NCBI GenBank assembly: GCA_046542505.1
Contig: JBKHBH010000009.1
Location: forward strand, 1-38,486
DNA: 38,486 nucleotides
Direction: 5' to 3'
DNA from: Thermovirgaceae bacterium
Lineage (GTDB): Bacteria > Synergistota > Synergistia > Synergistales > Thermovirgaceae
A program made the translations under genes and the position numbers. The notes beneath the pieces are model-generated. The model saw nothing but the letters and a program-made list of their open reading frames with translations, was not told where the DNA came from and made no database searches. Shown here piece after piece: positions 9,642-18,936 of the stretch (its first letter is position 1; each line of letters begins with the position of its first letter).

Positions 9642-9839
9642 CTAGTCGTTGGGAAGAAGCACATCCATCCTGGATTCGAGGGTCGGATGAAGGTACCCCG
9701 TTTTTCTGAGACGTCTCAGCCTTGTGGCATTCTTTTTGCGGAGCAAGTGTCCCCGGCCGCTTTTTTTGTAGGCGATCTTTCCCGAGGCGGTCCTGTGGAA
9801 CCGTTTCTTCGCTCCCGAGTGCGTCTTCATTTTCGGCAT
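9642..9839 (-). CDS. rpmI: 50S ribosomal protein L35
   Basis: [14 protein letters not shown]; start set at ATG 9839 with a GGAGG SD. Confidence 0.98.
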   Translation of the reverse strand: MPKMKTHSGAKKRFHRTASGKIAYKKSGRGHLLRKKNATRLRRLRKTGYLHPTLESRMDVLLPND

Positions 9840-9911
9840 GTCAAAAACCTCCTGCAATCCCGTGTCTGATCACGGTCAGAATAGGCATATATCTTCCGGT
9901 TTGCGGTCCCT

Positions 9912-10496
9912 TTACTCTTTTTCCCCGGCAGACTCCTCTTTCGGGGATTCTTCACCGGTTTTGCCGATTTTCTTCTTTTGCGGGACCGGAGAGAGCATCA
10001 TGCGCATGTATCGTCCTTCCATCCGGGGGGGGACTTCAACTTTCCCCAATCCTTCGCAGTCTTTCATCACCTTGTCGAGGACCTGCCGCCCCCTGTCAAG
10101 GAAAGCCATTTCCCTTCCCCTGAAGAAGATGGCGACTTTCACGCGGTGTCCCTCTGTGAGGAAATTTTTTATGGCCTTGGTCTTGAAATCGTAGTCATGC
10201 TGATCGATCTTGGGCCGCATCTTCATTTCCTTTACGGTCTGGCTTTTCGTCTTTTTCCGAGCGTCTTTCTCACGCTTCTGTTGCTGGTACTTGTACTTTC
10301 CGTAATCCAGAATTCGGCATACAGGGGGGGTTGCCTGGGGCGCGACCTCGACCAGGTCAAGCTCCTGCTCCTCAGCCATGGAAAGCGCCCTGCTTACGGG
10401 GATAATTCCTATTTTCACCCCCTGGCTGTCGATGAGAAGCACCTCTTTGGCCCTGATTTCCTCATTCACTCTCGGTTCGTCACTCCGTTTAGCTAT
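9912..10496 (-). CDS. infC: Translation initiation factor IF-3, probable AUA start
   Basis: NEEIRA..V.LID, LDLVEVAP, PPVCRILDYGKYKY, KMRPKID. SD GGAGGTG sits just upstream of an in-frame ATA at 10496, and an in-frame TGA lies two codons before it. Confidence 0.97.
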   Translation of the reverse strand: MAKRSDEPRVNEEIRAKEVLLIDSQGVKIGIIPVSRALSMAEEQELDLVEVAPQATPPVCRILDYGKYKYQQQKREKDARKKTKSQTVKEMKMRPKIDQHDYDFKTKAIKNFLTEGHRVKVAIFFRGREMAFLDRGRQVLDKVMKDCEGLGKVEVPPRMEGRYMRMMLSPVPQKKKIGKTGEESPKEESAGEKE

Positions 10497-10524
10497 TGTC
10501 CGTCACCTCCGCAATTTGTCCTGA

Positions 10525-10558
10525 TAATAAAAACGCCGGGCATTAAAACGCCCGGCGT
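10525..10558 (-). terminator. Intrinsic terminator/attenuator in the infC leader
   Basis: 9-bp stem ACGCCGGGC/GCCCGGCGT (10533-10541, 10550-10558) followed on the minus strand by TTTTATTAT. Confidence 0.8.
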
Positions 10559-10607
10559 AAAACACCTTGTCGGGAAGAAGAATTCTCTCCTCTTCTCGCG
10601 CTGAAAT

Positions 10608-10660
10608 CAACCTGAAAACAGCTCTGGGCGTCAGCAGGTGGGGGATTACCCCCTCTTTGT
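10608..10660 (-). ncRNA. Ribosomal protein L20 leader-like cis-regulatory RNA
   Basis: Minus strand reads AAAGAGGGGGUAAUCCCCCACCUGCUGAC...GUUUUCAGGUUG. This is a small hairpin followed by the CACCUG/CAGGUU stem, as I recall from Firmicute L20 leaders. It is upstream of infC-rpmI-rplT and followed by a terminator. Confidence 0.7.
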
Positions 10661-10699
10661 TTTATTGAATTTTCTTTCCGGCTATACTGCCGAAACAGG

Positions 10700-10728
10700 A
10701 ATATAGCACAGACTTCCGGCCTGCGCAA
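10700..10728 (-). promoter_or_regulatory. Sigma70-type promoter for the infC operon
   Basis: TTGCGC-17 bp-TATATT with an extended -10 TG. Confidence 0.65.
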
Positions 10729-10730
10729 GT

Positions 10731-12629
10731 TCACTTCATGGGGTCAAACCCGGATTCCAGGTGCGCAAGGAACCCGTCAAGTGGCATGGACCCGAGGTCT
10801 CCCTTTGCCCTGTCTCTCACGGCCAGCGTCTGTGTTTCCCTTTCCTTGTCTCCCACGACGACCATGAAGGGAATCTTCTGAAGCTGGGCATCCCTGATGC
10901 GTTTCCCGAGCTTTTCATCCCTGGGGTCGATATCCACCCGGATATCCAGCTCTTTCAACCGCTCGGAGACCTTTTCTGCATATTCGTGATGATCCTCCGA
11001 AACGGGAACAAGTCTCACTTGCACCGGAGCAAGCCAGTAGGGGAAGGCACCGGCAAAGTGTTCTATGAGAATTCCCAAAAATCGCTCGAGACTTCCGTAA
11101 ACCGTCCTGTGCAACATGACTGGCCGGTGTTGGGCGCCGTCCGGGCCGATATAACTGATATCGAACTTTTCCGGCATCTGGAAATCGAGCTGTATCGTGC
11201 CGCATTGCCATGTCCGTCCAATGCAGTCTTCCAGATGGAAGTCGATTTTCGGGCCGTAAAAGGCCCCATCGCCGGGATTGATCTTGAATGTGACTCCCGC
11301 CTCCTCGAGGGCGCCCTGAAGGGCCTGTTCCGCGATTTCCCACATTTTCGGGTCGCCCATCGCCTTTTCTGGCCGTGTTGAGAGTTCCACCTTGTAACTG
11401 AAACCGAAGACATCGGAGTAGATGTACCTGACGAGATCCATGATCCCGAGGATCTCGTCCTTGATTTGTTCGGGCGTCACGTAGAGGTGGGCGTCGTCCT
11501 GGGTAAAGCTTCTGACCCTCATGAGGCCGTGAAGAACCCCTGAACGCTCATGCCTGTGAACCGTTCCGAGCTCGGCCATACGCAGGGGAAGATCCCTGTA
11601 GCTTCGGATCTGGCTCTTGTAGACGAGCATTCCTCCAGGGCAGTTCATGGGTTTGATCGCGAAGGGGCGTTCATCGATCTCCGTGAAATACATGTTCTCA
11701 CGGTAATGATCCCAGTGCCCTGACCTGATCCAGAGATCGCGGTCGAGGATCAGCGGTGTCCTGATTTCGCAATACCCCCGCCGGATGTGTTCTTTCCGCC
11801 AGAAATCCACAAGCTTGTTGATGACAACCATGCCCTTGGGGTGGAAGAAGGGGAAACCCGGCGCCTCGGGCTGAAGGCTGAAAAGATCCAGTTCCCTTCC
11901 CAGTTTTCTGTGGTCACGCTTTTTTGCTTCCTCTATCCTGTTGATATGCTCCTCGAGGGCTTCTTTGGTCCCGAAGGCGGTCCCGTAAACACGCGTCAGC
12001 ATCTTGTTCTTTTCATCGCCTCTCCAGTAGGCTCCGGCGAGGGAAAGAAGCCTGAAATGCTTCAGGACCGAAGTGTTTGCCACATGGGGCCCGCGGCAAA
12101 GATCGACAAACTCGCCCTGCCTGTAGACAGTAACTGTATCCCCCTCTAGTTCCTGGATGAGCTCCAGTTTGTAGCTTTCATCCCTTTCGGCAAAGAGCTC
12201 TTCGGCTTCCTGCCTGGGCAATACCTCACGGGTGACTGGAATATTCTCTTTTGAAATTCTGCGCATTTCTTTTTCTATGGCATCCAGGTCATCTTCACCG
12301 ATTTGCGCGGGAATATCCATGTCGTAATAAAACCCTTCCTCGATGGCCGGACCGATCCCGAGACGCGTCCCCGGATAGAGGCGCTTGACCGCCTGGGCCA
12401 TTAGGTGGGAAGCGGAATGACGAAGGATCCGGAGCCCTTCCGGAGAATCACCGCCTATTGGTGTGACCTCCGCATCGCAGGTCAAAACAGAATCCATATC
12501 AACGGCGACTCCGTCGGCTTCAGCTGCAACGGCGCCCTTTGCCATTTTCCATTTTTTGAGAACTTCCTTTACTGTTACCGGTGCGTCAGATTCAAGAACC
12601 CGTCCATCCGGGCTCGTCAGTTTCGGCAT
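10731..12629 (-). CDS. thrS: Threonine--tRNA ligase
   Basis: TGS domain, ILRHSASH, DLCRGPH, RDHRKLG, KPMNCP, GAFYGPKID, WQCGTIQLDF; start set at ATG 12629 with GGAGG 8 nt upstream. Confidence 0.98.
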   Translation of the reverse strand: MPKLTSPDGRVLESDAPVTVKEVLKKWKMAKGAVAAEADGVAVDMDSVLTCDAEVTPIGGDSPEGLRILRHSASHLMAQAVKRLYPGTRLGIGPAIEEGFYYDMDIPAQIGEDDLDAIEKEMRRISKENIPVTREVLPRQEAEELFAERDESYKLELIQELEGDTVTVYRQGEFVDLCRGPHVANTSVLKHFRLLSLAGAYWRGDEKNKMLTRVYGTAFGTKEALEEHINRIEEAKKRDHRKLGRELDLFSLQPEAPGFPFFHPKGMVVINKLVDFWRKEHIRRGYCEIRTPLILDRDLWIRSGHWDHYRENMYFTEIDERPFAIKPMNCPGGMLVYKSQIRSYRDLPLRMAELGTVHRHERSGVLHGLMRVRSFTQDDAHLYVTPEQIKDEILGIMDLVRYIYSDVFGFSYKVELSTRPEKAMGDPKMWEIAEQALQGALEEAGVTFKINPGDGAFYGPKIDFHLEDCIGRTWQCGTIQLDFQMPEKFDISYIGPDGAQHRPVMLHRTVYGSLERFLGILIEHFAGAFPYWLAPVQVRLVPVSEDHHEYAEKVSERLKELDIRVDIDPRDEKLGKRIRDAQLQKIPFMVVVGDKERETQTLAVRDRAKGDLGSMPLDGFLAHLESGFDPMK

Positions 12630-13125
12630 ATTCATCGCCTCCTGGTTTCTCTTCATTAGGGGAAGTCCCTTTTAAAAGGGTGATATTCCCGGGGTTTTCC
12701 ACCTTTGCATTGTAACACAGCCGAAGCCCCGAGAGCCTGCACCACCGAAAGAGACAAAAAAATCCACCGGGACACGGCTTGCCTTCCTCTGGCAAATATA
12801 AATTGTTTTTTCTTTTCCGACCATATACTGGAAAAGCGTTCACGTTCCTTCTATAATGATCGGTGAGTCACCATAAGGCCCTGATTCATCACGCTTTCAC
12901 GACTTTGGATATTCGAACTCAAGGCCATGTCGCTGACAGGTATTAATAATCGTAGTTTTGTCCTAATTTAAATTTTCTGTCGTCGGTTCTTTTTCCACAT
13001 AGAGCCAGAGGCAGGAGAGGAAGGTGATACGCGAGAAGAAAAGAGAAACGAAAGGCACCAGGAACACGGGATTTTATTTTTTTCCATGGATTGAGATTTC
13101 GGATTTGACAGGAGGGATCAAGAGT

Positions 13126-14598
13126 ATGCCAGAAATCAAGAAGCCCGACCAGTGGGTAAGCAGATGGGGCCTTATCTTTTCGGCAATTGGTATGGCCGTG
13201 GGAACGGGAAACATCTGGAGATTTCCCCGAGTTGCCGCAGCTCAGGGAGGCGGTGCTTTCGTAATCGCCGTTATTATTGGATTGTTCCTCTGGGCTATCC
13301 CGCTGCTCATGGCTGAGGAAGTCTGGGGCAAAATCTCCCGGATGGGCGTCATCGGATCCTTCAAGGAAATGATGGGACGCAAGTGGACATGGGCCGGCGG
13401 CTGCGTCGCCTGGATTTCCCTGGGGATAGCCTTTTACTATGCCGTCGTCATGGGCTGGTGTGTCAGGTATTTCGTGTATGTATTAACGGGCGTCATCAAA
13501 CCCGGTCTCGACACGGAAGCTCTCTGGACTGCCTTTTCCACAACTCCCGGCGCCATGGTGCCATGGCATATCTTCTCCATGGTCATCGCCACCATCGTCA
13601 TCTTCAAGGGCGTTTCCCAGGGACTGGAAAAGATCAACAAGATCCTCATACCGTCATTGTTCGTCCTGCTCATCATCCTGGCGGTCCGTTCCGTCATGCT
13701 TCCCGGTGCGGTCAAAGGACTCCAGTTCCTCTTTGAACCGAATTTCAGTACCTTCCTCCAGGGACGGCTCTGGCTCGAAGCCTTCACCCAGGTGGCCTGG
13801 TCCACCGGCGCGGGCTGGGGGCTCCTCCTGACGTACTACGTCTACGTCAAGAAGACGGAAGACATTTCCCTGAACGCGACGACCATCGCCTTTGCCGATA
13901 CCTCCGCCGGACTTCTCGCCGCCATCGCTATCATCCCGACCATCTTCGCCCTTTCAGAGGATCCCCAGGCCGCTGTCGGTTCCGGGAATACGGGACTCGC
14001 CTTCATCCACCTGACGAAGCTCTTCACCGTCATGCCCGGCGGCGCCTTCTTTGCGGGACTTTTTTTCCTGGCTCTGGTTTTCGCCGCCCTGAGTTCACTG
14101 CTTTCCATGGTCGAGCTCTGCGTCAGGCTTTTCATGGACGCCGGATGGCCGCGCCACAAGGCGGCACTCGCCGCAGGCATCGGCATCACCATCCTCGGGC
14201 TTCCATCCTCGATGAGTATCAGTTTCCTCGACAACCAGGACTGGGTCTGGGGCGTCGGGCTTCTTCTGAGCGGCCTGCTGTTCTCCATCGGCGCCATCAA
14301 GGTCGGCGTGAACAAAATCTGGGACGAGTACATCGAACCCGTCTCCGACCTGAAGGCCGCCTGGATGTGGAAACTGATCTACCTCTTCCCCGTGTGGTTC
14401 GTGATTATCTTCGGCTGGTGGATCAAACAGGCGGCAAGCTGGTACCCGGAAAGCTACATGAAATGGCTGCCGATTTCGGAGTACACCTTTACTGTAGGCA
14501 CCATGATCTATCAGTGGGGGATCATGCTCGTGGTCTTTTTGGTGCTCAACAACTGGCTGGCAAACAGGATGAGTCACAAGTTCGAGGCCACGAACTAG
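13126..14598 (+). CDS. Sodium-dependent transporter, SNF/NSS family (probable amino-acid symporter)
   Basis: W.SR.G.I..AIG.AVGTGNIWRFP, GGGAF and many transmembrane segments; start set at ATG 13126 after SD GGAGGG. Confidence 0.92.
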   Translation: MPEIKKPDQWVSRWGLIFSAIGMAVGTGNIWRFPRVAAAQGGGAFVIAVIIGLFLWAIPLLMAEEVWGKISRMGVIGSFKEMMGRKWTWAGGCVAWISLGIAFYYAVVMGWCVRYFVYVLTGVIKPGLDTEALWTAFSTTPGAMVPWHIFSMVIATIVIFKGVSQGLEKINKILIPSLFVLLIILAVRSVMLPGAVKGLQFLFEPNFSTFLQGRLWLEAFTQVAWSTGAGWGLLLTYYVYVKKTEDISLNATTIAFADTSAGLLAAIAIIPTIFALSEDPQAAVGSGNTGLAFIHLTKLFTVMPGGAFFAGLFFLALVFAALSSLLSMVELCVRLFMDAGWPRHKAALAAGIGITILGLPSSMSISFLDNQDWVWGVGLLLSGLLFSIGAIKVGVNKIWDEYIEPVSDLKAAWMWKLIYLFPVWFVIIFGWWIKQAASWYPESYMKWLPISEYTFTVGTMIYQWGIMLVVFLVLNNWLANRMSHKFEATN

Positions 14599-14646
14599 CA
14601 CCTCAGGTCGCATAACTGAAAGTCGCGACTCAAAGGAGGAATACTG

Positions 14647-14742
14647 ATGGGCTGGCAAGTATATATGGCGCTGATTCTCTTGATCGTGTGGGGCGGCACC
14701 TTGTGGTGCGTGAAGCAAACAATGAGTTCGAAGAATCACTGA
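14647..14742 (+). CDS. 31-aa single-pass membrane protein, MetS-type small subunit of the NSS transporter
   Basis: SD AAGGAGGA, then MGWQVYMALILLIVWGGTLWCVKQTMSSKNH*. It has a hydrophobic helix with IVWGG and a basic tail, lies between the transporter and its terminator, and is absent from the ORF track. Confidence 0.8.
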   Translation: MGWQVYMALILLIVWGGTLWCVKQTMSSKNH

Positions 14743-14759
14743 AAGAAGGATACACGCAC

Positions 14760-14805
14760 GAAAAACCGGAGACCTCAATATTGACGTCTCCGGTTTTTCG
14801 TTTTT
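14760..14805. terminator. Bidirectional intrinsic terminator between the transporter unit and dut
   Basis: GAAAAACCGGAGAC-CTCAATATTGAC-GTCTCCGGTTTTTC, a near-perfect palindrome with A and T tracts on both sides. Confidence 0.85.
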
Positions 14806-14828
14806 TCGTGCATCTTTTCCTGGCAACT

Positions 14829-15272
14829 CTACTTTCCAGTACTCCCGAAACCTCCCGTACCCCGGGCCGTTTGCGTAAGGGTCTCTTCTCTTTCAAGGCT
14901 CGTCCTTGCCACAGGCGCAAAAACGAGCTGGGCGATGCGGTCCCCCCGGGCGATGGCAAAGGGCTTTTTCCCGTGGTTGATGAGAATGATCCTGACTTCG
15001 CCACGATAATCGCTGTCGATCGTTCCCGGAGCATTCAGGACCGTTACACCTTCCCTCAGGGCGAGGCCGCTTCTCGGCCTCACCTGACATTCGTAGCCTT
15101 CGGGTATCTCAAGGAAAAGTCCCGTCCCGACGGTTCTCCATTCACCCGGAGATATCCGGCAGGATTCCGCCGCAACTACATCCATTCCTGACGAACCCGC
15201 CGTCGCGTATCCAGGAAGCGGCAGGTCGCCCGAATCTTCATTGCGAGAAAGGCGGACTTTTATTTCTTCCAT
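14829..15272 (-). CDS. dut: dUTP diphosphatase
   Basis: [42 protein letters not shown]; start set at ATG 15272, just after the pnp stop. Confidence 0.97.
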   Translation of the reverse strand: MEEIKVRLSRNEDSGDLPLPGYATAGSSGMDVVAAESCRISPGEWRTVGTGLFLEIPEGYECQVRPRSGLALREGVTVLNAPGTIDSDYRGEVRIILINHGKKPFAIARGDRIAQLVFAPVARTSLEREETLTQTARGTGGFGSTGK

Positions 15273-15276
15273 AACG

Positions 15277-17562
15277 TCAGCGGTTCCTTCCCGACCCCTG
15301 GTTTCTCGGGGGTCTCGAGTCATTGCGTGACCCGGACCTGCCGCCTCTTCTTCCTCCATCGCGGTCACGTTCCCGTGAAGATCTCTCACCGGGAGCAGCA
15401 GGCGGCAGCTTTGCAATTTCCTCTTCCCTCTTCATCTCCTCGGCGAGAGCTTCGCCGAAGCTTTCGTCCAGGGTGTCTTTTTTATCGAGGATCCTTTTTC
15501 TCGAAAGGTTAATCCTCCCCATGTCATCGATCTCCTTAACCAGCACGAGGACGGTATCGCCTGAACTCAGGACGTCATCGACCTTGGGGACATGGTGTGT
15601 GCTGATCTCGCTCACATGGAGAAGGCCTTCTTTGCCTGGCAAAACCTCAACGAAAGCTCCGAAAGGCATCAGCCGGGTGACCTTGCCGATATAGACATCG
15701 CCGGCCTCGACCTCCTTAACGAGGTTTTCTATGATAGCCAGGGCCTGTTCCGCCGCTTCCCTGGAAGGAGACGCCACGAACACACGACCATCGTCCTCTA
15801 CATCGACCTTGACCCCCGTCTGGGCAACGATACTCCTGATCGTCTTCCCGCCCGGGCCTATGATATCCCTGATCTTGTCCTTGTCGACGTTGACGGTGTA
15901 TATACGGGGAGCGTAACTGGAAATCTCCTCCCTGGGCACAGTGATGGCTTCGTCCATCTTGCCGAGAATGAAAAGCCGCCCGTCTCGGGCCTGTGCAAGA
16001 GCCTTGCTGAGTATCTCCCTTGTGATCCCTCCGGCCTTGTTGTCCATCTGCAGGGCGGTGACACCATCCCGGGTTCCCGTCACCTTGAAGTCCATATCAC
16101 CATAGTGATCTTCAAGACCCTGAATATCGGAGAGAACGGCCACGTCCTCCTCTTCCTTGATGAGGCCCATGGCAACGCCTGCTACCGACTTTCTCAGCTT
16201 GACGCCTGCATCCATGAGAGCGAGGCTCGCGCCGCAAACGGATGCCATGGAGCTTGAACCATTGGATTCCAGAATGTCCGAGACAACCCTGATGGTGTAG
16301 GGAAATTCGTTCTCGTCAGGCAGAAGCGGCCGCACCGCCCGTTCCGCCAGAGCGCCGTGCCCTATTTCGCGTCTGCCCGGGCCCCGCATGGGACGAACTT
16401 CTCCCACCGAAAAAGGCGGGAAATTATAGTGAAGCATGAAGCGCTTCGCCGGTTCATCGTGTTTCAGGCCATCCACGATCTGGTCGTCCTCGCCGACCAT
16501 CCCGAGAGTCGTGGTAGCCAATGCCTGCGTTTCGCCCCGGGTAAACAGCGCCGACCCGTGTGTGCGGGGAAGAACTCCCACCTCGCAGCTGACGGGACGT
16601 ATCTGGTCAAGAGATCTCCCATCGGCCCTTTTCTGCTCCTTCAGGATGCTTTCCCGAAGCGCTTTCTTTACGAAATCGTCCACGACATTGTTGATGTATT
16701 TTTCCGTTTCGGGGTAGCGTTCCTCCAGGGCGGCTACTGCACGTTCCTTGATTTCCGAAATCGCACCTGAGCGGGTCTTTTTTTCGTGAATCTGTACGGC
16801 TTCGTAAATTTCCTTATACAGGTTTTCGGAAATCCAGGAGTCTATTTCCGGAAGTTCCTCCGGATCAGGGATAACCATTTTCTCCTTGCCAACGGTTTTT
16901 GCCATCTCGAGTTGCATGTCGACAATCTTTCTGATCTCCTGTTGGGCGAGCTCCAGGGCATCCACAAGAGTTTCCTCGGAAACCTCGAAGGACCCGGCCT
17001 CCACCATGGTCACTCCATCCCTATGACCGCTCACAACGAGATCCAAAGTACTCCTGTTCATCATGCTCTCCGTCGGATTGACCACGAGCTCGCCTTCGAT
17101 GCAGCCTATTCTGACGGCTCCTACCGGCCCCGACCAGGGGATCTCTGACATTGCGAGTGCAGCGGACGCACCGTTGATGGCGAGTACGTTGGGTGGATTT
17201 TCCTGGTCGACCGACAAGGTGGTGATCACCACGTGAACGTCATGCCGCATATGCTGCGGGAAAAGGGACCGGATGGATCGGTCCGTCAGCCTGGCTGTCA
17301 GAACAGCTGTTTCCGAAGGTCGGCCTTCCCGCTTGATAAATCCGCCGGGAATCTTGCCCGCGGAGTAAAATCTCTCCTCATAATCCACGAGCAAGGGGAA
17401 GAAATCCAGTCCCTCTCTCGGGGATTCGGTAATACAGGCCGTTACCAGGACGACGGTTTCCCCCACGGTAATCTTTACCGCCCCGCTTGCCTGTTTTGCC
17501 AGCTTCCCTGTTTCAAAAACCATTCTCTCGCCGCCGATTTCGACGGAAAACTCTTCCTGCAT
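15277..17562 (-). CDS. pnp: Polyribonucleotide nucleotidyltransferase (PNPase)
   Basis: [59 protein letters not shown] and S1 domains; start ATG 17562 with SD GGAGGA. Confidence 0.98.
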   Translation of the reverse strand: MQEEFSVEIGGERMVFETGKLAKQASGAVKITVGETVVLVTACITESPREGLDFFPLLVDYEERFYSAGKIPGGFIKREGRPSETAVLTARLTDRSIRSLFPQHMRHDVHVVITTLSVDQENPPNVLAINGASAALAMSEIPWSGPVGAVRIGCIEGELVVNPTESMMNRSTLDLVVSGHRDGVTMVEAGSFEVSEETLVDALELAQQEIRKIVDMQLEMAKTVGKEKMVIPDPEELPEIDSWISENLYKEIYEAVQIHEKKTRSGAISEIKERAVAALEERYPETEKYINNVVDDFVKKALRESILKEQKRADGRSLDQIRPVSCEVGVLPRTHGSALFTRGETQALATTTLGMVGEDDQIVDGLKHDEPAKRFMLHYNFPPFSVGEVRPMRGPGRREIGHGALAERAVRPLLPDENEFPYTIRVVSDILESNGSSSMASVCGASLALMDAGVKLRKSVAGVAMGLIKEEEDVAVLSDIQGLEDHYGDMDFKVTGTRDGVTALQMDNKAGGITREILSKALAQARDGRLFILGKMDEAITVPREEISSYAPRIYTVNVDKDKIRDIIGPGGKTIRSIVAQTGVKVDVEDDGRVFVASPSREAAEQALAIIENLVKEVEAGDVYIGKVTRLMPFGAFVEVLPGKEGLLHVSEISTHHVPKVDDVLSSGDTVLVLVKEIDDMGRINLSRKRILDKKDTLDESFGEALAEEMKREEEIAKLPPAAPGERSSRERDRDGGRRGGRSGSRNDSRPPRNQGSGRNR

Positions 17563-17629
17563 GTTCTTTTTCCTCCTCTTGTCTTTCATCCTTATTAGTC
17601 TATCAATAAAAGGATATCACATATGCCGC

Positions 17630-17661
17630 AAAAGAAAGGACGAGAGCATCGCTCTCGTCCT
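17630..17661 (-). terminator. Intrinsic terminator between rpsO and pnp
   Basis: AGGACGAGAGC-ATC-GCTCTCGTCCT stem followed on the minus strand by a TTCTTTT tract. Confidence 0.8.
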
Positions 17662-17704
17662 GCAAACGACCTGCAAATACCCGTCCGGTGCAGCGGACGG
17701 ACCG

Positions 17705-17971
17705 TCAGTGGCGAAGCCCGAGCCGCTGGATCAGCGCACTGTACCTGTTGAAATCCTTCTCACGCAGATACTGGAGCAGACGGCGTCTCCTTCCTACCAT
17801 CTTGAGAAGCCCCCTCTGGGAATGGTAGTCCTTCTTGTGCACCTTGAGATGTTCCGTCAGTTCCCTGATACGCGCCGTCAGGATCGCCACCTGGACTTCT
17901 GGCGACCCCGTATCCGCGGGATGGGTCTTGAAATCCTCGATGATTCCCTGTTTCTTCTCTTTCTGAATCAT
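17705..17971 (-). CDS. rpsO: 30S ribosomal protein S15
   Basis: [42 protein letters not shown]. Confidence 0.99.
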   Translation of the reverse strand: MIQKEKKQGIIEDFKTHPADTGSPEVQVAILTARIRELTEHLKVHKKDYHSQRGLLKMVGRRRRLLQYLREKDFNRYSALIQRLGLRH

Positions 17972-18049
17972 GTCTTACCACCTCTTGACGAAAAATCCCA
18001 CAACCAAGTGGCACGACACGAAGCGCGCAACCGAGTAGTGGGTGTGGAT

Positions 18050-18078
18050 ATTATATCATCGTCCCGCTCATGCGGCAA
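18050..18078 (-). promoter_or_regulatory. Sigma70-type promoter for rpsO
   Basis: TTGCCG-17 bp-TATAAT with an extended -10 TG. Confidence 0.75.
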
Positions 18079-18223
18079 AAGAATTACTCGCCTGAACATG
18101 TTCCCAGGAAAAGCGCAGATAAGGTTCCGCTCATTCTGCACTCGACATTTTCTTAAAGATGTGCTTTTATTGTTAATAATAAAAGGAAAATCCACCGAAT
18201 TCTGAGCGTTTGGGGGGAGACTC

Positions 18224-18907
18224 ATGATGAAAATCCTCATTGTAGAGGATAACAGGGACCTTGTTCAGGTACTCGCAGAAGGTTTTGAAGAAAACGGGTT
18301 CACCGTCGAAAGCGCATTTGACGGGGAAGACGGTTTGCACAAGATCAAAAACAACGACTATGATTGCATCGTCCTGGACATTATGCTGCCGAAACTCGAC
18401 GGATACGAGGTCGTCGAAAAAGCCCGCGAAGCCGGCAAAGATACGCCCGTCATAGTTCTTACCGCAAAAGACACAATAGAAGACCGTGTCGAGGGACTCA
18501 ATAGGGGTGCCGACGATTATCTCGTAAAACCTTTTGATTTCAGGGAGCTTCTCGCAAGGATCAACGCCCTTATCCGTCGCAGGTCAGAGCAGAAACGACC
18601 GCTCCTCAAATGCGGACCTCTCGTGCTCGATCCCGTCGCAAGGGAATGCACCGTCGACGGAGAGAGCGTCCCCTTGAGGAGACGGGAATTCGATATCCTC
18701 GAGCTTCTCATGCGCTATGAAAATCAGGTCTTCACCAGGGACCGCATTATCGCCCATGTCTGGAAGAAGGAATATGACGGGACCAGCAACGTTGTGGATG
18801 TTCATGTCAAGTACCTGAGAGACAAGCTCCGACCTTACAACCTTGATACTCTTGTCGTCACAGTTCGCGGCGTCGGATACAAGGTTACCTGTCCAAATTA
18901 CGAATAA
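18224..18907 (+). CDS. OmpR/PhoB family response regulator
   Basis: Receiver domain (ILIVED, LDIMLP, GADDYLVKPF) and winged helix (SNVVDVHV..LR.KL, TVRGVGY). Confidence 0.95.
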   Translation: MMKILIVEDNRDLVQVLAEGFEENGFTVESAFDGEDGLHKIKNNDYDCIVLDIMLPKLDGYEVVEKAREAGKDTPVIVLTAKDTIEDRVEGLNRGADDYLVKPFDFRELLARINALIRRRSEQKRPLLKCGPLVLDPVARECTVDGESVPLRRREFDILELLMRYENQVFTRDRIIAHVWKKEYDGTSNVVDVHVKYLRDKLRPYNLDTLVVTVRGVGYKVTCPNYE

Positions 18908-18936
18908 TCGTTTTTTTCGGGAGCGCATTATCCAGA

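Noticed and set aside
13010..13070. Glycine or SAM riboswitch before the NSS transporter (GGAGAG...AGGCACCAGGAAC)
   Set aside because: The core CCGAAG and CUCUCAGG glycine elements and the SAM-I AUC...GAU core are missing, and no supporting stems are present.
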